Shown in pieces: positions 30,772-44,723 of a DNA stretch of 64,000 bases. A program made the position numbers and the translations under genes. The DNA is from the human T2T-CHM13v2.0 reference genome, Homo sapiens, in NCBI RefSeq assembly GCF_009914755.1, contig NC_060928.1. One strand, written 5' to 3'. The number at the start of each line of letters is the position of its first letter. Positions within the stretch are counted from its first letter, which is position 1. Under the pieces are notes generated by a model. It did no database searches. It was not told the DNA's origin and saw nothing but the letters and a program-made list of their open reading frames with translations.

Positions 30772-32081
30772 GATGGACTGTGTTAGTGTTTCTTACACCA
30801 CAAAGAACCTATTTGACTATCATCCTACCCCGAAGATGCTTTAATATTGATAAATCAGAATTTATTTATTTGCAAGTATACATTTCTAGAACTATGCAGT
30901 CACTTCATAATTTTCATTATTCAAATGTAATGAAAACTGTTTTGAAAAGTGTGTATTTTATTTCCCAGGAGTGAGCATTTTACAATTGTAAAATGAAGTA
31001 ATTTTTTAAAATAAAGTTTTATCTTAATTGTTTGCCAGGAAGGTTATATGTATTTCTACAAAGACTCTGTCATAATATAGTATGTCAACATTTTAAGAAG
31101 AAATGTTGCTGGTGTTATTAAATTATATTTAATTAATTACATTTCTGGTTGAGTTCTATTTATTTTATATCTGCTAAAAAAAGATTGTGCAATATTTCAT
31201 TTGTAACCTAAGTCACATATGAATTCAGTCTGAGACATAGATAGAAGTATTATTTCTGACATTGGAATCAGAAAAGGGTAACAGACAATAACATGGCTGA
31301 TTACTAAAGTAGAAGATGTAAATTCTGCTACATTTCTATGCATTAAAAGCCTCAGAATCCCTGAATTTTAATATAAAATACAATGAAGTGTATCAAATGA
31401 GATTCTCCTATCTTGCCTAGTAATAATGTGGTTAAATCACAATGTGAACACTTTAAAGGGCAAAAAAAAATGGCTTTAAAAAAACCTTTGCCTCACTAAG
31501 TTTTGAGAATATCTCATTTTATTTCAAAATCTTATTGAACTTTTCTACATTTTGTTCCATGACTGACTTTTACAATATTAGTGTCTTGGTTGTCATCTCA
31601 CCTAAAGAACAAGAGACAAGAATGGTGAATGATTCGATGGCAAGATATAATCTCATAATTGGATATGATGAAACTAAAGATGCAGAAGTGCATTAAAAAA
31701 AACAGATCATGTATTTCAACTATGACAGGGTGTCTGCTTAACCATGCCCTATTCATAGTGACGAACAGTAGTGGCATTCAAATAGCATAAGCTTTTAAAA
31801 ATACAAAACCATAGCCTATTATTTGCCTCTGAAGGGAATTCAGCTTAAAATGAAGCTCCAGTTTCTCTAATAAATGGTAAAATTCATATATTATTGTGCC
31901 TGTGAGACCTAGCTTGATTAAGACATAAAATTTCACTAGACAGTTTTTAGCATTAAGAAAAGAAGGCAGAGTATCCTTATTTTTTCAAGCATTCAAACTC
32001 ATGTCCCCTATAACTCCACTGTATATGAAGAATGCATGAAAACCTTATTTTATATAAGTATAATCAAATTATCAAGAGAAA

Positions 32082-32285
32082 ACATAGTTTAGTAGTTAAT
32101 AGCATGACCTTCAGAGATAGATGTCCTGTATTCAACTCCTTGCTCTAATGCTTACAACCTGTGTGACTCTGGATATGTTCCTGAACCTCTCTGGGGCTCA
32201 GTTTCATCAACACTAGAATAGAGGAAATAAGAATACCTCTGTCATAGGATTGTTATAATAATTATCTTAATATTTTTAAAAAACA
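32082..32285 (+). mobile_element. MIR SINE
   Basis: tgtgtgactctgg...aacctctctggggctcagtttcatc...aatacct...cataggattgtt. Confidence 0.8.
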
Positions 32286-32375
32286 AGACAAATGTTTATT
32301 TTGTGAGGTGGAAGTACGTTAGAGTATTTTAATGGGAGGGGAGATACGATTTAATTTTTATTTTAAAATATTTCA

Positions 32376-32671
32376 GGCTGGGCACGATGGCTCACGCCTG
32401 TAATTCCGGCATTTTGGGAGGCCAAAGCAGGGGGATCACAAGGTCAGGAGATTGAGGACAGCTTGGCCAACATGGTGAAACCCTGTCTCTACTAAAAATA
32501 CAAAAATTATCTGGGCATGGTGGCACGTGCCTGTAGTCCTAGCAACTTGGGAGGCTGAGGCAGGAGAATTGCTCGAACCTGGGAGGCAGGAGGCAGAGGT
32601 TTCAGTGAGCCAAGATTGCACCACTACACTCCAGCCTGGGCAAAAAGAGCAAAACTCCATGCCAAAAAAAA
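32376..32671 (+). mobile_element. AluS-type SINE
   Basis: Full Alu with a small ggaggca duplication. Confidence 0.93.
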
Positions 32672-32699
32672 ATTCAATTGCTGCTAAATATGTGGAGGG

Positions 32700-34440
32700 C
32701 ATTATGAGATTGGGGAAATTAGTGTAAAATGGAATAAATTACATGGTTATGGTGGTTATCCAAATTTTAAAAGTTGGCATTTTGACCAAGATTAGCAGGA
32801 AATACAGGGATATATTTTACAGACAGAGTCAACAGAATTTTCTGCAAGATGGGTATATACTAAAGAGTTATTTTACAGTGAAATGGAACAGCTTTGTGGT
32901 CATCTCTGGGGACATTGGATGTCTGATTTTGACATTTGGCAAAGATAAAGACAACTAATGGAATAACTAGTGGATGATTTATGATGTGCTTTTTGTAGTC
33001 TGATATTCTCTGGGAACACCCAGGCCTGAGTGGCTTTCACCTGACTGACTGGTTCGACAGTCTAGTTTGGCTATATCAACAATGAGAAAGAAAAGATCCT
33101 ACTGGGAAATCCTGCCTTTAACTATTTTGAAATCATAATTTGTCATATAAATCTTGCCAGTTCAATCTAGAGAAAAAGAGTATCCTTGTGAGAATAAGAC
33201 CCTAGGGAGTTTGTGCTTGGATATCCCTCAGGCCCCCAGTGTTTGCCTGCAGTCTCTTTGTCATCATTAAAGTCTTATGGAAGTATGCTTGTGGGCTCTT
33301 TCAATATCCAGACCTCTTCAATCTTTGCAATGGGATTTGGGGATTAAGTGAAAAAGAAGATCCTAGGCTGTTGACTGAAGAAACTAGCTAAACTGAATGC
33401 TATATGCAGAGAAGTGGTCACTGCTAAGGTAGAGTTTTATAGCAAAAGCTAATTTTGTGTATGTGAAGTTTGACATGCTCATTAATTGGGGCATATTAAG
33501 TGGTGATATCATGTAAATAGCCTGGAATTCAAGGAATAGATTGGGCTTAAAAATATAATTTTTTTTTACATAATGTTACTCATGTCATTTAAAACCATGA
33601 ATGGAATGGCATGAGGAGAGTTACAGTGAGAATTAGATGTCGATCAAAGGAGAAGGAGCTAGAAAAGAACAAAAGGAAGATGGAGTTACTGAAGTATTAG
33701 GGAAAACTAGGGGTGCATTGTAATAAAAGCCAAAATTAAGAGAGTATTTTAAGAATATAAAATAATCAACTGTGTTAAATTTTTCTGAAAATATCAGTAA
33801 GATAAAAAATCAAATACTATTAGATTTGGTCACATGGTCACACTGATGATTTTTAGAATAGTCATTTAAGTGGAAATGTGAGAGAGCGGTCTAATTTAAG
33901 TGGGTTGAGACAAAGTCTTGATGTTTGCACTTTTTGAAAATTCTTTCTAGAGATTTTTTTTTCATGTAGTAAAGCAAAGAAATGGGGGCAGCAGTTATTT
34001 ACTCAGAATGGTAAAGGCGATTATTTTACTTTTCTTTAAAATAGAAGGTAGTATAGTATGTGGGTATCATATGGAAGCAATCCAGTGGAGAGTAGTAAAT
34101 GAATGACATGGATGAAGGAAAAAAGAATTGCAGAAGAGGTGTCCTTGAGAAGACAAGAAAACAAGATCCAAAGCACAAAGGAAGAGATTAAACATTAATA
34201 GAAGTAAGACTGGATCATTCACAGGAGATTATAGGTATTGGTAAAGGAAAGTCTATAGATAAGAGTATAAACATGAGATAGGAAAATGAAGAAATATTAG
34301 GTTTATTTATATTTTCTCAATGAAGCATGAACAAGTTCACAAATTGAAAATGAAAGTATAAAGAAAAGTAGCAAACGGATTAAGAAGAAAAAGGAAAGCA
34401 TGAGATATTTATGTGGGAAAGAAGGGACTCACATCTGTAA
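32700..34440 (-). mobile_element. L2 LINE remnant, interrupted at ~32880-33330
   Basis: gatatattttacagacagagtcaacagaatttt; gaagtttgacatgct; ctggaattcaagg; gtcatttaaaaccatga; ttagatttgg: L2 antisense landmarks. Confidence 0.65.
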
Positions 34441-35446
34441 TGGTAGAGTCATATTACTGCTCTGCAGCCTTATTTTGTTATTTGAGTCTCATGCTGTTGA
34501 GTTAAGCAGGGTTTACGTTCTTGATATTCAGATCAATATTTTCCCCAGCAGATAAAAATTCTATCTACTTCCCTTGCTACCAAGATGACTCTCATTCTGG
34601 AGATGAAGACAAATCTGTAAGATTATTTAAAACTCAGCACAGTTTTCTCTGCGTTGAAATTTTCATATGGTAAATATAAGGAAAATTTTTATATCATTCA
34701 TTACAATCATCATTTGAATTATCTTCAAAATATGTGCATTTACACATATACCTATATATACATATGTGTGTGTATTTTGCCTTAATCATTTGCCTAAAAT
34801 ATTGTTCTGGGATCAACATGCTTACTTATTTCAATTTCTAAATTTTCCTGAATTCCTCATAAGACATTTTGAAATAATAGGAAGACAGATATTGCTTTTA
34901 CCCTGTTTGATTTTTTCTGAACATATTACGTTCTTGCAAGCCACATAATATTTCAATTAAACTAGTGTTTCACTGATGCATACTCTATTGTAATTGCTAT
35001 TTCTGTGAGTATGCCTTTATATATTTTCATCCAAAAGATGTTCTGTTGAGATTCTAAGCATGTAAAAGTACTGCACTCTGTCTATTTACTCAGCTTTGTA
35101 CATATCCCTAACATCTCTGGAGATATTTGCCACTAATGCAAGTGGGTGTTTATATACTAAGTGTTTGTTTATTCACGGCAGTTCCAAAGTGTTTGGAAAG
35201 TGATAATAAAAATCAATAATCCTGTGGTCATTGGAATGCTCTCCAAATTTCAATTTTAGTTGTATTTATATTCTCAACATTCCATGAACACTCACAGTAG
35301 TTTAACCGCTGTTTCCTTTAAGTAACCTAGAAATTCTGTTGCCACAACAACTGCACTTAAAACAGCTGCATAAGTGAGAAAGTGGCCCTCTGGTTATTGT
35401 GAATTGAAGATTACAGTCATTCCTATATTCATTCTCACTGATAAAA

Positions 35447-35471
35447 TACACACACACACACACACACACAC
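35447..35471. repeat. (CA)n microsatellite
   Basis: Direct reading. Confidence 0.95.
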
Positions 35472-35686
35472 TCCATGCATTTAAATATGCCGTGATGCAC
35501 ACTTCCTTTCTTTTTGTCGTGATATATTAGCTTTAGAAACACACCACTTAAACAATAAATACAAGTTTTTTGTCTGAAGTCATTATTTTAAAAATGGCCT
35601 ATTATGAAATAAATTGATATATTTATGAATTAATCTTCTTTCATTGTTGTCTTAGCAAAGAAAAGTTCTTCAATTATCCAATCACT

Positions 35687-36134
35687 CATATTAGTTTCCT
35701 GTAGCTGTCAGAATAAATGACCTCAACCTTGGCTGAAAACAGAAACGTATTCTCTCCCAGTTCTGGAGGCATGAAGTCTGAAATCAAGGTATCAGCAGGT
35801 TCACATTGCCTCCAAAGGCTCCATTGGAGATCAGTTTCTTGTCTCTTCCAGCTTCTCGTGACTGCTAGCATTCCTTGTCTTGTGGCTTTATAACTTCAAT
35901 CTCTGCTTTTATGGTCACATTGTCTCCTTCTATTCTCTTCGTCATCTCTCCCTCTGCCTCACTCTTCTAAGGACACTTATTGAATTGTGGGGCCACCAAG
36001 ATAATCTAGGAAAAGCCCCTCCTCTCAAGATCCTTAATTTGGTCACACATTTTGCTATATAAGGTTTTAGTCACATATTCCAGGGATTAAGGTGTAAACA
36101 TAACTTCTTAGGAATGACTATTAAGCCTTCTACA
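35687..36134 (-). mobile_element. MLT1C-like MaLR solo LTR
   Basis: attagtttcctgtagctg...cagttctggaggcatgaagtctgaaatcaagg...ctcaagatccttaattt...ccagggattaag. Confidence 0.85.
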
Positions 36135-36739
36135 CTCATTATCATTAGTGGAGGATAGATTTTGATGCTAAATTTATTATATGCTCTAAGTTTTAATGAG
36201 AATAAAGCATTAGGTAGTGGACAGTGAAACTCAGAGGGAAGATCTCCTAATGACTTGGTAACACATGAACACTAGGCAAGATGGCAACATGTACCAGACG
36301 AGGAGGAGTTGGTGGTTCTCCCTGTGCACCCATTACCCATCTCCTCTCTTCATGGCTGCGTTCTTCAGTGTGTTCATCTTACTAGCAAATACGATAAACA
36401 AGAATTGAACATACGACTACTCTATAAAATTTTAAAATATTCCAGTCTTACAGTAAGATTAGAATAAAGTGTCACTCTGGTTTAAAAAAATCTGAATAAC
36501 ACATTTAATTAATAAAGAAAAACTTTGACACCACCATACATAGTGAATAAACTCATAAATGGTCATTTCTTTGTATATAAATTATAGAAACATTACAAAT
36601 TAATACACCAGAAGCTGCGCTTTTATGATCACTAACATTCCAGTTTACCAGTATTTTCTGTATCATGAATTCTGGCTGGGAGACAGGTGACAATAGGAAG
36701 AAATAGATAGAAACAAAAGAAAAATAAAATATCAAATGT

Positions 36740-36990
36740 GATAATAGCTGATATTTATTGGACATTTACTACTGACAAATATAGAATAAAATATTAGTGT
36801 AAGATTTTATAGTAGTAACTGACTTTTTCTTCATATTATTTCATTTTTGTTGATTTTGGAGATGAAGAAACTGAGGCACAGAACATTTAAGTGTAACTTA
36901 AAATTACAGAGCACAATGCTAAGAAGGGTCATTTAGAAATCAAACTCAGGTAGTCTGCTTAAAATGTCTAAACACTTATTTTCTATGCCT
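36740..36990 (-). mobile_element. MIR
   Basis: gatgaagaaactgaggcacaga core; caaactcaggtagtctg. Confidence 0.75.
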
Positions 36991-37369
36991 ACTAATTCTC
37001 AATAAAGTATTATCTTGTAAAATGATTGCCTTTATTTAAATCTTTAATTTTCATTTTATTTTATGATAAACAGAAAGTTTGTTCTACCTTTGAGGTGATG
37101 CAAGTCACTTATGAACTCTGTCCTCTTAGAGTTGCAATGAAGAGTCTCTTATCTAACCAGAAGTTCCTTTCTCAACTGTGCAAAGAGAGGCCTTTGAGTC
37201 AATCTTGCTCGTTATGTTGTTTTGTCAGGAAAATAATTTTCATTATTAAGGTCTGGAGCTCCAAACAATTTCAAATAAAGAATAAAATTGAGTCACTCAA
37301 TATTCAAAATTATCACAGCTTCCAATTATTGATTCTCTAGTCACACATCAAGTCACATATATTGTATTT

Positions 37370-37510
37370 AACTCTCACGAGAATTATAGAGATGAGAAAG
37401 TTGAGATTCAGAGATTTTGGACTTGATGAAGCTCATTCAACTAGTAAATAGATCAGCTGGGACTTGGATCAATCTTGGGCTGAATCCAATGTTTGTGACT
37501 TTTCTACTAG
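37370..37510 (-). mobile_element. MIR fragment
   Basis: agatgagaaagttgagattcagaga...caactagtaaat...gctgggactt. Confidence 0.6.
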
Positions 37511-38158
37511 GACAAATTGCGTTTGACAGTATTTTAAATAGAGGCCAGTTTAACCGGCAAACACTTCCAAAAGTGTGTTAATTTCACATAAGTTTTAGCT
37601 AAGAAACTAGAAAATTTGGCTTAATGTATAATATAGTGACTATAATGGTAATTATGAGGGGAAAGAAAATACATTCATGCATCTTTAGGCTGAAATTTCT
37701 CAATCAGTTCTAAATTCATAACCATATCATCTCTTAAAAACAAATAAAAAAGTTTATGTCTTACTCAGGCCATCCCCTCCAGAACAAACTCAATAAAAAA
37801 TTAACCTAGCTGTTCCCATAGTTTGCAGGTACAACTGGGACAATAAAACATAAACCTCAAGGACTTGGTGTTTTTAAAGGTGCTTCCAACTTCACTGGCA
37901 TCTGTCACTTTTTTTTCAATAGAAGTTGGTGATGGATCAAATAAAAACAACAGAAACTATACTGTATCTAAAAATTTCTACTTTATTTCTTTTTGAAATG
38001 AAAACTGTAGAGCTTCACATCACACTCTTCTTGAGAATATAAACAGTTTAGCAGTGCAATTGAAAGTGCTTTTTATAATTATAAATCCAATCATTGACAC
38101 TTTACTCCAAATCATTTGTCTCCTTTCCCCAAGGAAAGAAGACAATCCTTTTCCCGAA

Positions 38159-38249
38159 ATTCTTATTTAAGTATCAACATACCTAAAAACATACCTATTT
38201 CCCCAATCCATCCCCCACATTCTTATTTAAGTATCAGCATACCTAAAAA
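38159..38249. repeat. 31-bp direct repeat, two copies, 60-bp period
   Basis: attcttatttaagtatca(a/g)catacctaaaaa at 38159-38189 and 38219-38249. Confidence 0.95.
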
Positions 38250-38327
38250 GCCCCAGATACCTTCAATAACTGTAATTATTATCCTTAGCTTACACATGCA
38301 AAATAAATAAAAAAACCCATACTTCAA

Positions 38328-38427
38328 AACCACCTGTTGTTTTGAATACAGGATAAATACATACAATTTTATCTGCCAATTAAGAATAGAATAAAATAAT
38401 TAAACCTGAAAAAAAAAACAAAAAAAG
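38328..38427 (+). mobile_element. Very short L1MA-type 3' end with poly-A
   Basis: catacttcaaaac...gataaatacatacaattttatctgccaatt followed by an A-rich tail. Confidence 0.6.
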
Positions 38428-39388
38428 AATCTCAGCTTACATAAATGGGCCTCAGAATGCCAAGGAGATGAAAACTGTTCTTCGGTTCATAATGTTAGTA
38501 ATGCTGATTTGTAAATATGATAAACACACATTTCCTGTAACCTAGCTATTCAGAACCTGGTGTATTCCTATATTCTGGCTACTGGTTTTCTTGATGCAGT
38601 CTTACAGGGGCAAAGCCATCACTCACAAGGGTAGAAATTAGAGGACATGGATAGCTGTATATTTTCAAGTCTATAGGATATCAGGATTTTGACTCTAAGG
38701 TTATAATTATAGATTATGTCATAGGAAAACTTTATTAACTCCTTTAGATAACAACTTCAGAAGGCAAATAGCAAATGTGAATCATTCTTGCTCCTTTCAA
38801 TAATCTAACATATATTTATTGTATTTTATCAAAGCCATAACCAACAATATATCTAATATCATTAGAACTTATCAGGACCTTCTCTAACAACTCTTGAAGT
38901 CAGAAAGTAGAAAATGGAAAAAGTCTAGTCTTTGTTGTCAAATTCCAGTTACCATTTAGCAGCTATGTTTTAATGGACATAGTAAGAATAATTTCTTTAA
39001 GCTTCATGTCTTTTTTTCCACACAAAGTAAAGATAGTAGTAATTACTCAATGAAATCATTTTAATATACCAAATTAGCACATAAAAATTGACATAGAGTA
39101 AGTATGCAACAAATGATAACTCTTCCTATGTTCTACATTTATACTATGTGGTTCTAAGGTTTGACTCAAAATTTTGATTTCTCAAGATTTAGATGGTTTC
39201 CTCCAAGCAAACTATAACATACAAAGATTTGGTGAGTGTGTCCATGATACTCTTATTTTTATAATTTAATACCTGATATACATAAATCTTCTTCACCTTA
39301 GTATCCATATTTCCAGTGTGGAACATCATAGAATGTTTAGTCTGACATCCTTCTACTCTGGTGTCAGCATCTCGAAATGACACTCTGG

Positions 39389-39417
39389 TTTTGTTGTTGT
39401 TGTTGTTGTTGTTTTGT
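39389..39417. repeat. (GTT)n microsatellite
   Basis: Direct reading. Confidence 0.9.
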
Positions 39418-41034
39418 TATTTTATTTTTAGGCCACAAAAAAACCCAAAAATAAAATAAATGGGCTCCTAGATTCCAAATTAAATTATTACATGCTTTAT
39501 GCAGAATACTTAAAGAGATCTTTAAAACCAGTTTGCAATTCTTAATCCATCGACAATTTGATGGTGCAAGAGTTTAGATTATTGGAAGCTGGAGCGTTTC
39601 TTTGAAGAGAGTGTGCTATTTTTAAAAACATTCTTCCATCTCAGGTTGGAGAGGGTTGCTGAGTAGTGACTCTTCATTTTAGGTTTTGAAGATATTGTAT
39701 GTGTCCTGGATCATATGTGAAACTATGAGCTAGTGGCTAACTCTCCTGAAAAAAAGTGAAAAAGTAAAGGGTGAGATGCTTATGGAATGAGCCTGTTGCA
39801 ACAGGATAGATGGTTACATTTGCAAATTACCTGCTCTACCTTGGATAGGAGGTCAATGTTATGTGATTATCCAGAACTGGTTGAAGTACCTGATGCTTAT
39901 CTGCAATGCCAATATCAGCCTATAGTTGCTTTAAAAGGGACAACTGTGATCTGGATGGTATCAATGGTATCAGAGGGTGATGGTACCCACACCCAAAAAG
40001 GCTTGAGTACATCAATAACTAAAGAATTTGAGGGGCAATATTAAGAAGCCAGTTCAAGAAGAAACACTACTTAAGCCAAAAGACACACTTGCTACACTCC
40101 CATAATTGCAAGAAGCACCCAAGAAAACCTGAGAGATAAAATGAGCTTTAATTAGAATTATCCAGAGTAAAACAACACTGAATTACCTATGTGCTAGTCA
40201 AGTAAGAGTTTCCCTGCCCTACTCCTTCCTTACTCCAACCTTGCCCCCAAAAAGGCAGTATAGTGAATGGGGAAGAAAGGATAAAAACATAAGAATAGCA
40301 AACTTAAAAAGTACCAAAATTTCCTTTTATCCAGAGTTGGTCAGCCTTTGGTAGGGAAAAGTTGAGAAGGGATTTTACTTTTTCCAACTTTGAAAAAACT
40401 TTAGGATTTTTGTGTATCCTGCTTAGACAAGTCCTGTAGCACTTGAGCTCTCCCTCTCTAGCCACTGTCACCAGTTGGCGATGAACAACATCTATCTGTC
40501 TAGTATTGGAGGCTTGTCTGCTGCTATAGCAATGTCTTTGTTACATAGGAGTGCAAAGTCATAGCTCTTTTAATTCACTTTGCATACGTAAACACGACTG
40601 AATGGAATATGAACTTTAAGTTAGAGTGGCAGAGTCCAGAAAGGTTTCCAGTCTAGCTGCTCCATCACAAACACATAGCTCCTTTGGGTGTGTTGACGTT
40701 AATTTACCAACCCATTTCCCTCTTTCCATGACTTCTGTTTTCAAATTTTGATTAGTGTAAACTTGTCCCAATCAGATAGGTAATGATGATAATTTCCTCA
40801 AAGGATATCTAAGAATTCTCATTAACAACCCATAGCCTCACACTAAGATCTTAAAATAAGGATCCAAGACCGAGAAAGCCTTCAAACCCCAATGTTCTGT
40901 CAAGCACTTTTCCTAGTCAATGGGAATTGTATTTTCCCATTAGGAAGGGCAAATAACCTGCTCTTCCTCACTTATGAGAGTAGAAGTAGGGGGTATATTT
41001 ATGTACATTTTCTTCATTTAGCATCCTGTTACTA

Positions 41035-41442
<408 letters not shown>

Positions 41443-42010
41443 TTAAATTCTAACTGTCCAAATACAGTTCTCTCTTGCTCTCTTTAGGAAGCCTCTGCTT
41501 CAGCAGACATTAAATACAGGTGCTTTTCACCTTATTGTAAAACATCGTGAACAGTAAACATGCTTTTGTGTCTATATTATTTTATCATACATTCTTTTTA
41601 ATTATCCTTCTCCAAATAGCCATTTTGCTGAGTCTTGTTTACCTTTTTAAAACGATGTTTTACATTCCTAATAATGCATGCTAATCCCATTAAATTCAAT
41701 GTAGTAAATACGGCATAACGATATTGTGATGCATAAGCCCAGTTACAGTTAAGACATTAACTCTTGCAGATTGCTTGCTTGTAGTGCTTTAAAATATCTG
41801 CAACATTCAGCAAATTTGCTAGTACAATATAATTTGTTAATAAGCCTTCCATATTGAAAGAAAAAATAGGGTATTATAATTTTGAATATCACCCATTTAC
41901 CATACAAAGGATTTTTTAAAAACACCTACTTTCCAAATACAGATTATTTTTATTTAAAAATGTGTTTTCTTGCACCATATACTTAATAACTATTAAAAGA
42001 CATTTGCATT

Positions 42011-42027
42011 GTCAATAGATGGCAGCA
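42011..42027 (+). promoter_or_regulatory. Candidate CTCF motif
   Basis: GTCAATAGATGGCAGCA vs common CTCF variant GCCACTAGATGGCAGCA, in non-repeat DNA. Confidence 0.35.
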
Positions 42028-43660
42028 TAGCTCTTTAAGAGTTCATGGGGAACTACTTAACAGTTTAAGATCATAGCCATTAGCCATGCTAAAAATGGTA
42101 ATCTTAATAAAGCTTTCTCATTGAACTTTTCTTAATACTTCATTGCATTGATGCCACATATTTCCAAAAAGAAAACTGAAAAGAATATGTAAACTGTAAA
42201 TATTTTATGGTTCAGTTTTAGTTTTTTTTTTTATTTAAGGTTATATAATTTTGGTGTTGGGGGCTGTCAGGTGAAGGAAAACACTGTTGACACATTAATG
42301 TATGAATCTTTCACTTTACTATTAGACTTTGAAGTATTAATTTGACATATAATATGTGAAGTTTTAATAATTTATCAATAATGTCTCAATTTAAAGAACA
42401 CTTTTAACCAACATTTTAATAAATTGTTATAAAGAAAAAAATATTTGACCATCAATCTCTCTTTTCTAGAAATATAAAGATTTAATTCATGAGAGTAGAA
42501 TCTCTTTAAACACTTTAGTGAATCTGCCTTCGGGGAAGATCCTAAAGAAAGCAAGACATACTTTCAAATCTCTTCCATAAAATCACACATGGATCAGATA
42601 ACTCTTTGGGAAAAATAGTGTTCTTTCTGGACTATTTGAATTCTATTTAGATGGTCTGAGATGCCTCTAAAGTTGAAGTTGGTAGAGCTACAATATTCCT
42701 ACAGAAATAAATGCTGGCCATAAAGATATAATGTGCTGACAGACATAAAAAGAGAAATCCAGGAGGCACAGTAATTTGTCTTAATTGACAAAGGTTTCTG
42801 CCCAGGAGCTATCACTATAAAATATAAAAGAGCATCAATCACATAGTGCAAATAAGCAGGTTATAGCCTTACGGTTAGTTTTAATAATTCTGAGCAATTC
42901 AAATTATAGCATTGCTTTATTAATATTACTAAAGTAATCTTTGTCAGTATTAAAGACTCCTGAAATTTTTCTAATTTTTTGTTTTCTTACACTTTCTTAT
43001 TCTTCAAACAGAGAAAAACCCAAATTTATGAGCTCTGTTCTGTTTCACTAAGTCTGTGACAGAGATTTTCCTACAGCATGTATTCACATCTGTATGTAAT
43101 GTGTGCAAGGGGGAAAAACACTTTTTTCTTCAAAAATCCCTCCTTAACAACTGTTTTCAAATAACGACCACTGTGTTTAGTAGGTTATTCTAAGTAGATG
43201 ATTTTATCTATTCATTTATAGGTTATTAATATGTTTATTTTATATCTATTTGAGTGAACATTTACTATGTTTTAGGTGCAGTGGTATCCATGGTATTTCA
43301 TAGGTAGGGTAGAAGTCTCTTCCTTTTCTTCACACTCAGTAGTAAAGAGAGGCACATGAACAGGTGTTGCTATCCCCATGGAAACACAGACACAAGATAT
43401 AGGAGTCACTCTTCTGACTCACCTTTACATAATCTTCTTCCAAGAACATCAAAGATCTATATTTCCTTTGTAGAACAGATTGACCGATGCCCAAGGCATA
43501 TTGTATGTGCTACACTCGAGTTTATACTCCTACCAGTTTACTTGCATGTTTGCTAAGAATCAGTTGTGTTTGTTCCAAAGCCTGTTTATGACAGTCAAAC
43601 TTGATGTTATAATTATATAATTTGATTATTGAAAAAAAGTGAGCAAAAAGAGAGTTGCTG

Positions 43661-43882
43661 TTTTTTTATTATTATTATACTTTAAGTTTTAGAGTACATG
43701 TGCACAATGTGCAAGTTTGTTACATATGTATACATGTGCCATGTTGGTGTGCTGCACCCATTAACTTGTCATTTAGCATTAGGTATATCTCCTAATGCTA
43801 TCCCTCCCCTCTCCCCCTACCCCACAACAGTCCCCAGTGTGTGATGTTACCCTTCCTGTGTCCATGTGTTCTCATAGTTCAA
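43661..43882 (-). mobile_element. Short L1PA4-like 3' end
   Basis: Poly-T + ttatactttaagttttagagtacatgtgcacaatgtgc...tccatgtgttctcatagttcaa. Confidence 0.93.
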
Positions 43883-44282
43883 AAATTAAAGTATAACTAA
43901 GTTTTTGCAGAGACTAAAAAGGCAAGTTGGTTAAAAATACTTGTCTTAGTAGAAACAGTAATGTTAACTATAATTATTTTAAAATGGTAGAAATATATAG
44001 TTTTTTAAAACAGAAAAAATCTAGAAACATCTTTAATATGCATTTTTTTACACCTTAAGTTCTTACCTTTTTAAAAAAAGTAATTGAAATTATAGTTAGA
44101 ACATATTTTTAGTGTTTTATGTAGACAAGGTGATGGTAAATTCTGAGAAGACTACCCATACAAAAAGAAAATGCCGTGACCTGTATAAAAGATAAAAATA
44201 CAGCTATAGAGATTAATAAATGAATATAATTTATAATTTATCAGTTACTAGTAATAACTTACCAAGTGATTGATAAAGTACT

Positions 44283-44723
44283 ACATCAGTTTATAAGGGC
44301 TTCTGTAGCCAGCCACCATAAACTGGCTTGCTTAAAATAACAGAAATGCATTCTTTCACAAATTGTGAGGCTAAAAATTTAAAATTAAGGTGTCAGCAGA
44401 GTTGTGTCAACTCTACAGGTTGAGGGAGGATGGGTTACATGTTTTTCCCCTAATTATCGTTTGACTTCATGTTTTGACTTTGTTTGGCTTCAAGTTGCTT
44501 CACTCCAATCTCAGCCTCTATGTTTACATGGCCGTCTCCCCCTGTGTCTATCCAAATTTCCCTGTTCTGTAAAGACATCATTCATTGGATAAGGACCTAT
44601 ATTAATCCAGTAGGATCTCATTTTAACTCGATTACTTCTGCAAAGACTCTATCTCCAAATAATGTCAGATTCTCAGGTTCCAGGTGAGCATTAATTTTTT
44701 TAGAACAATAGTCAACAGAGTAC
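44283..44723 (-). mobile_element. MLT1B/C-like MaLR solo LTR
   Basis: ttaaaataacagaaatgcattctttcac...aaggtgtcagcagagttg...ttacttctgcaaagactctatctccaaataa. Confidence 0.8.

Noticed and set aside
38159-38249. CRISPR-like repeat/spacer geometry (31 + 29 bp)
   Set aside because: Only two repeats, no palindrome, no cas genes, primate genomic context
40466-40482. Second CTCF-like motif (tcaccagttggcgat)
   Set aside because: Too many core mismatches to separate from chance
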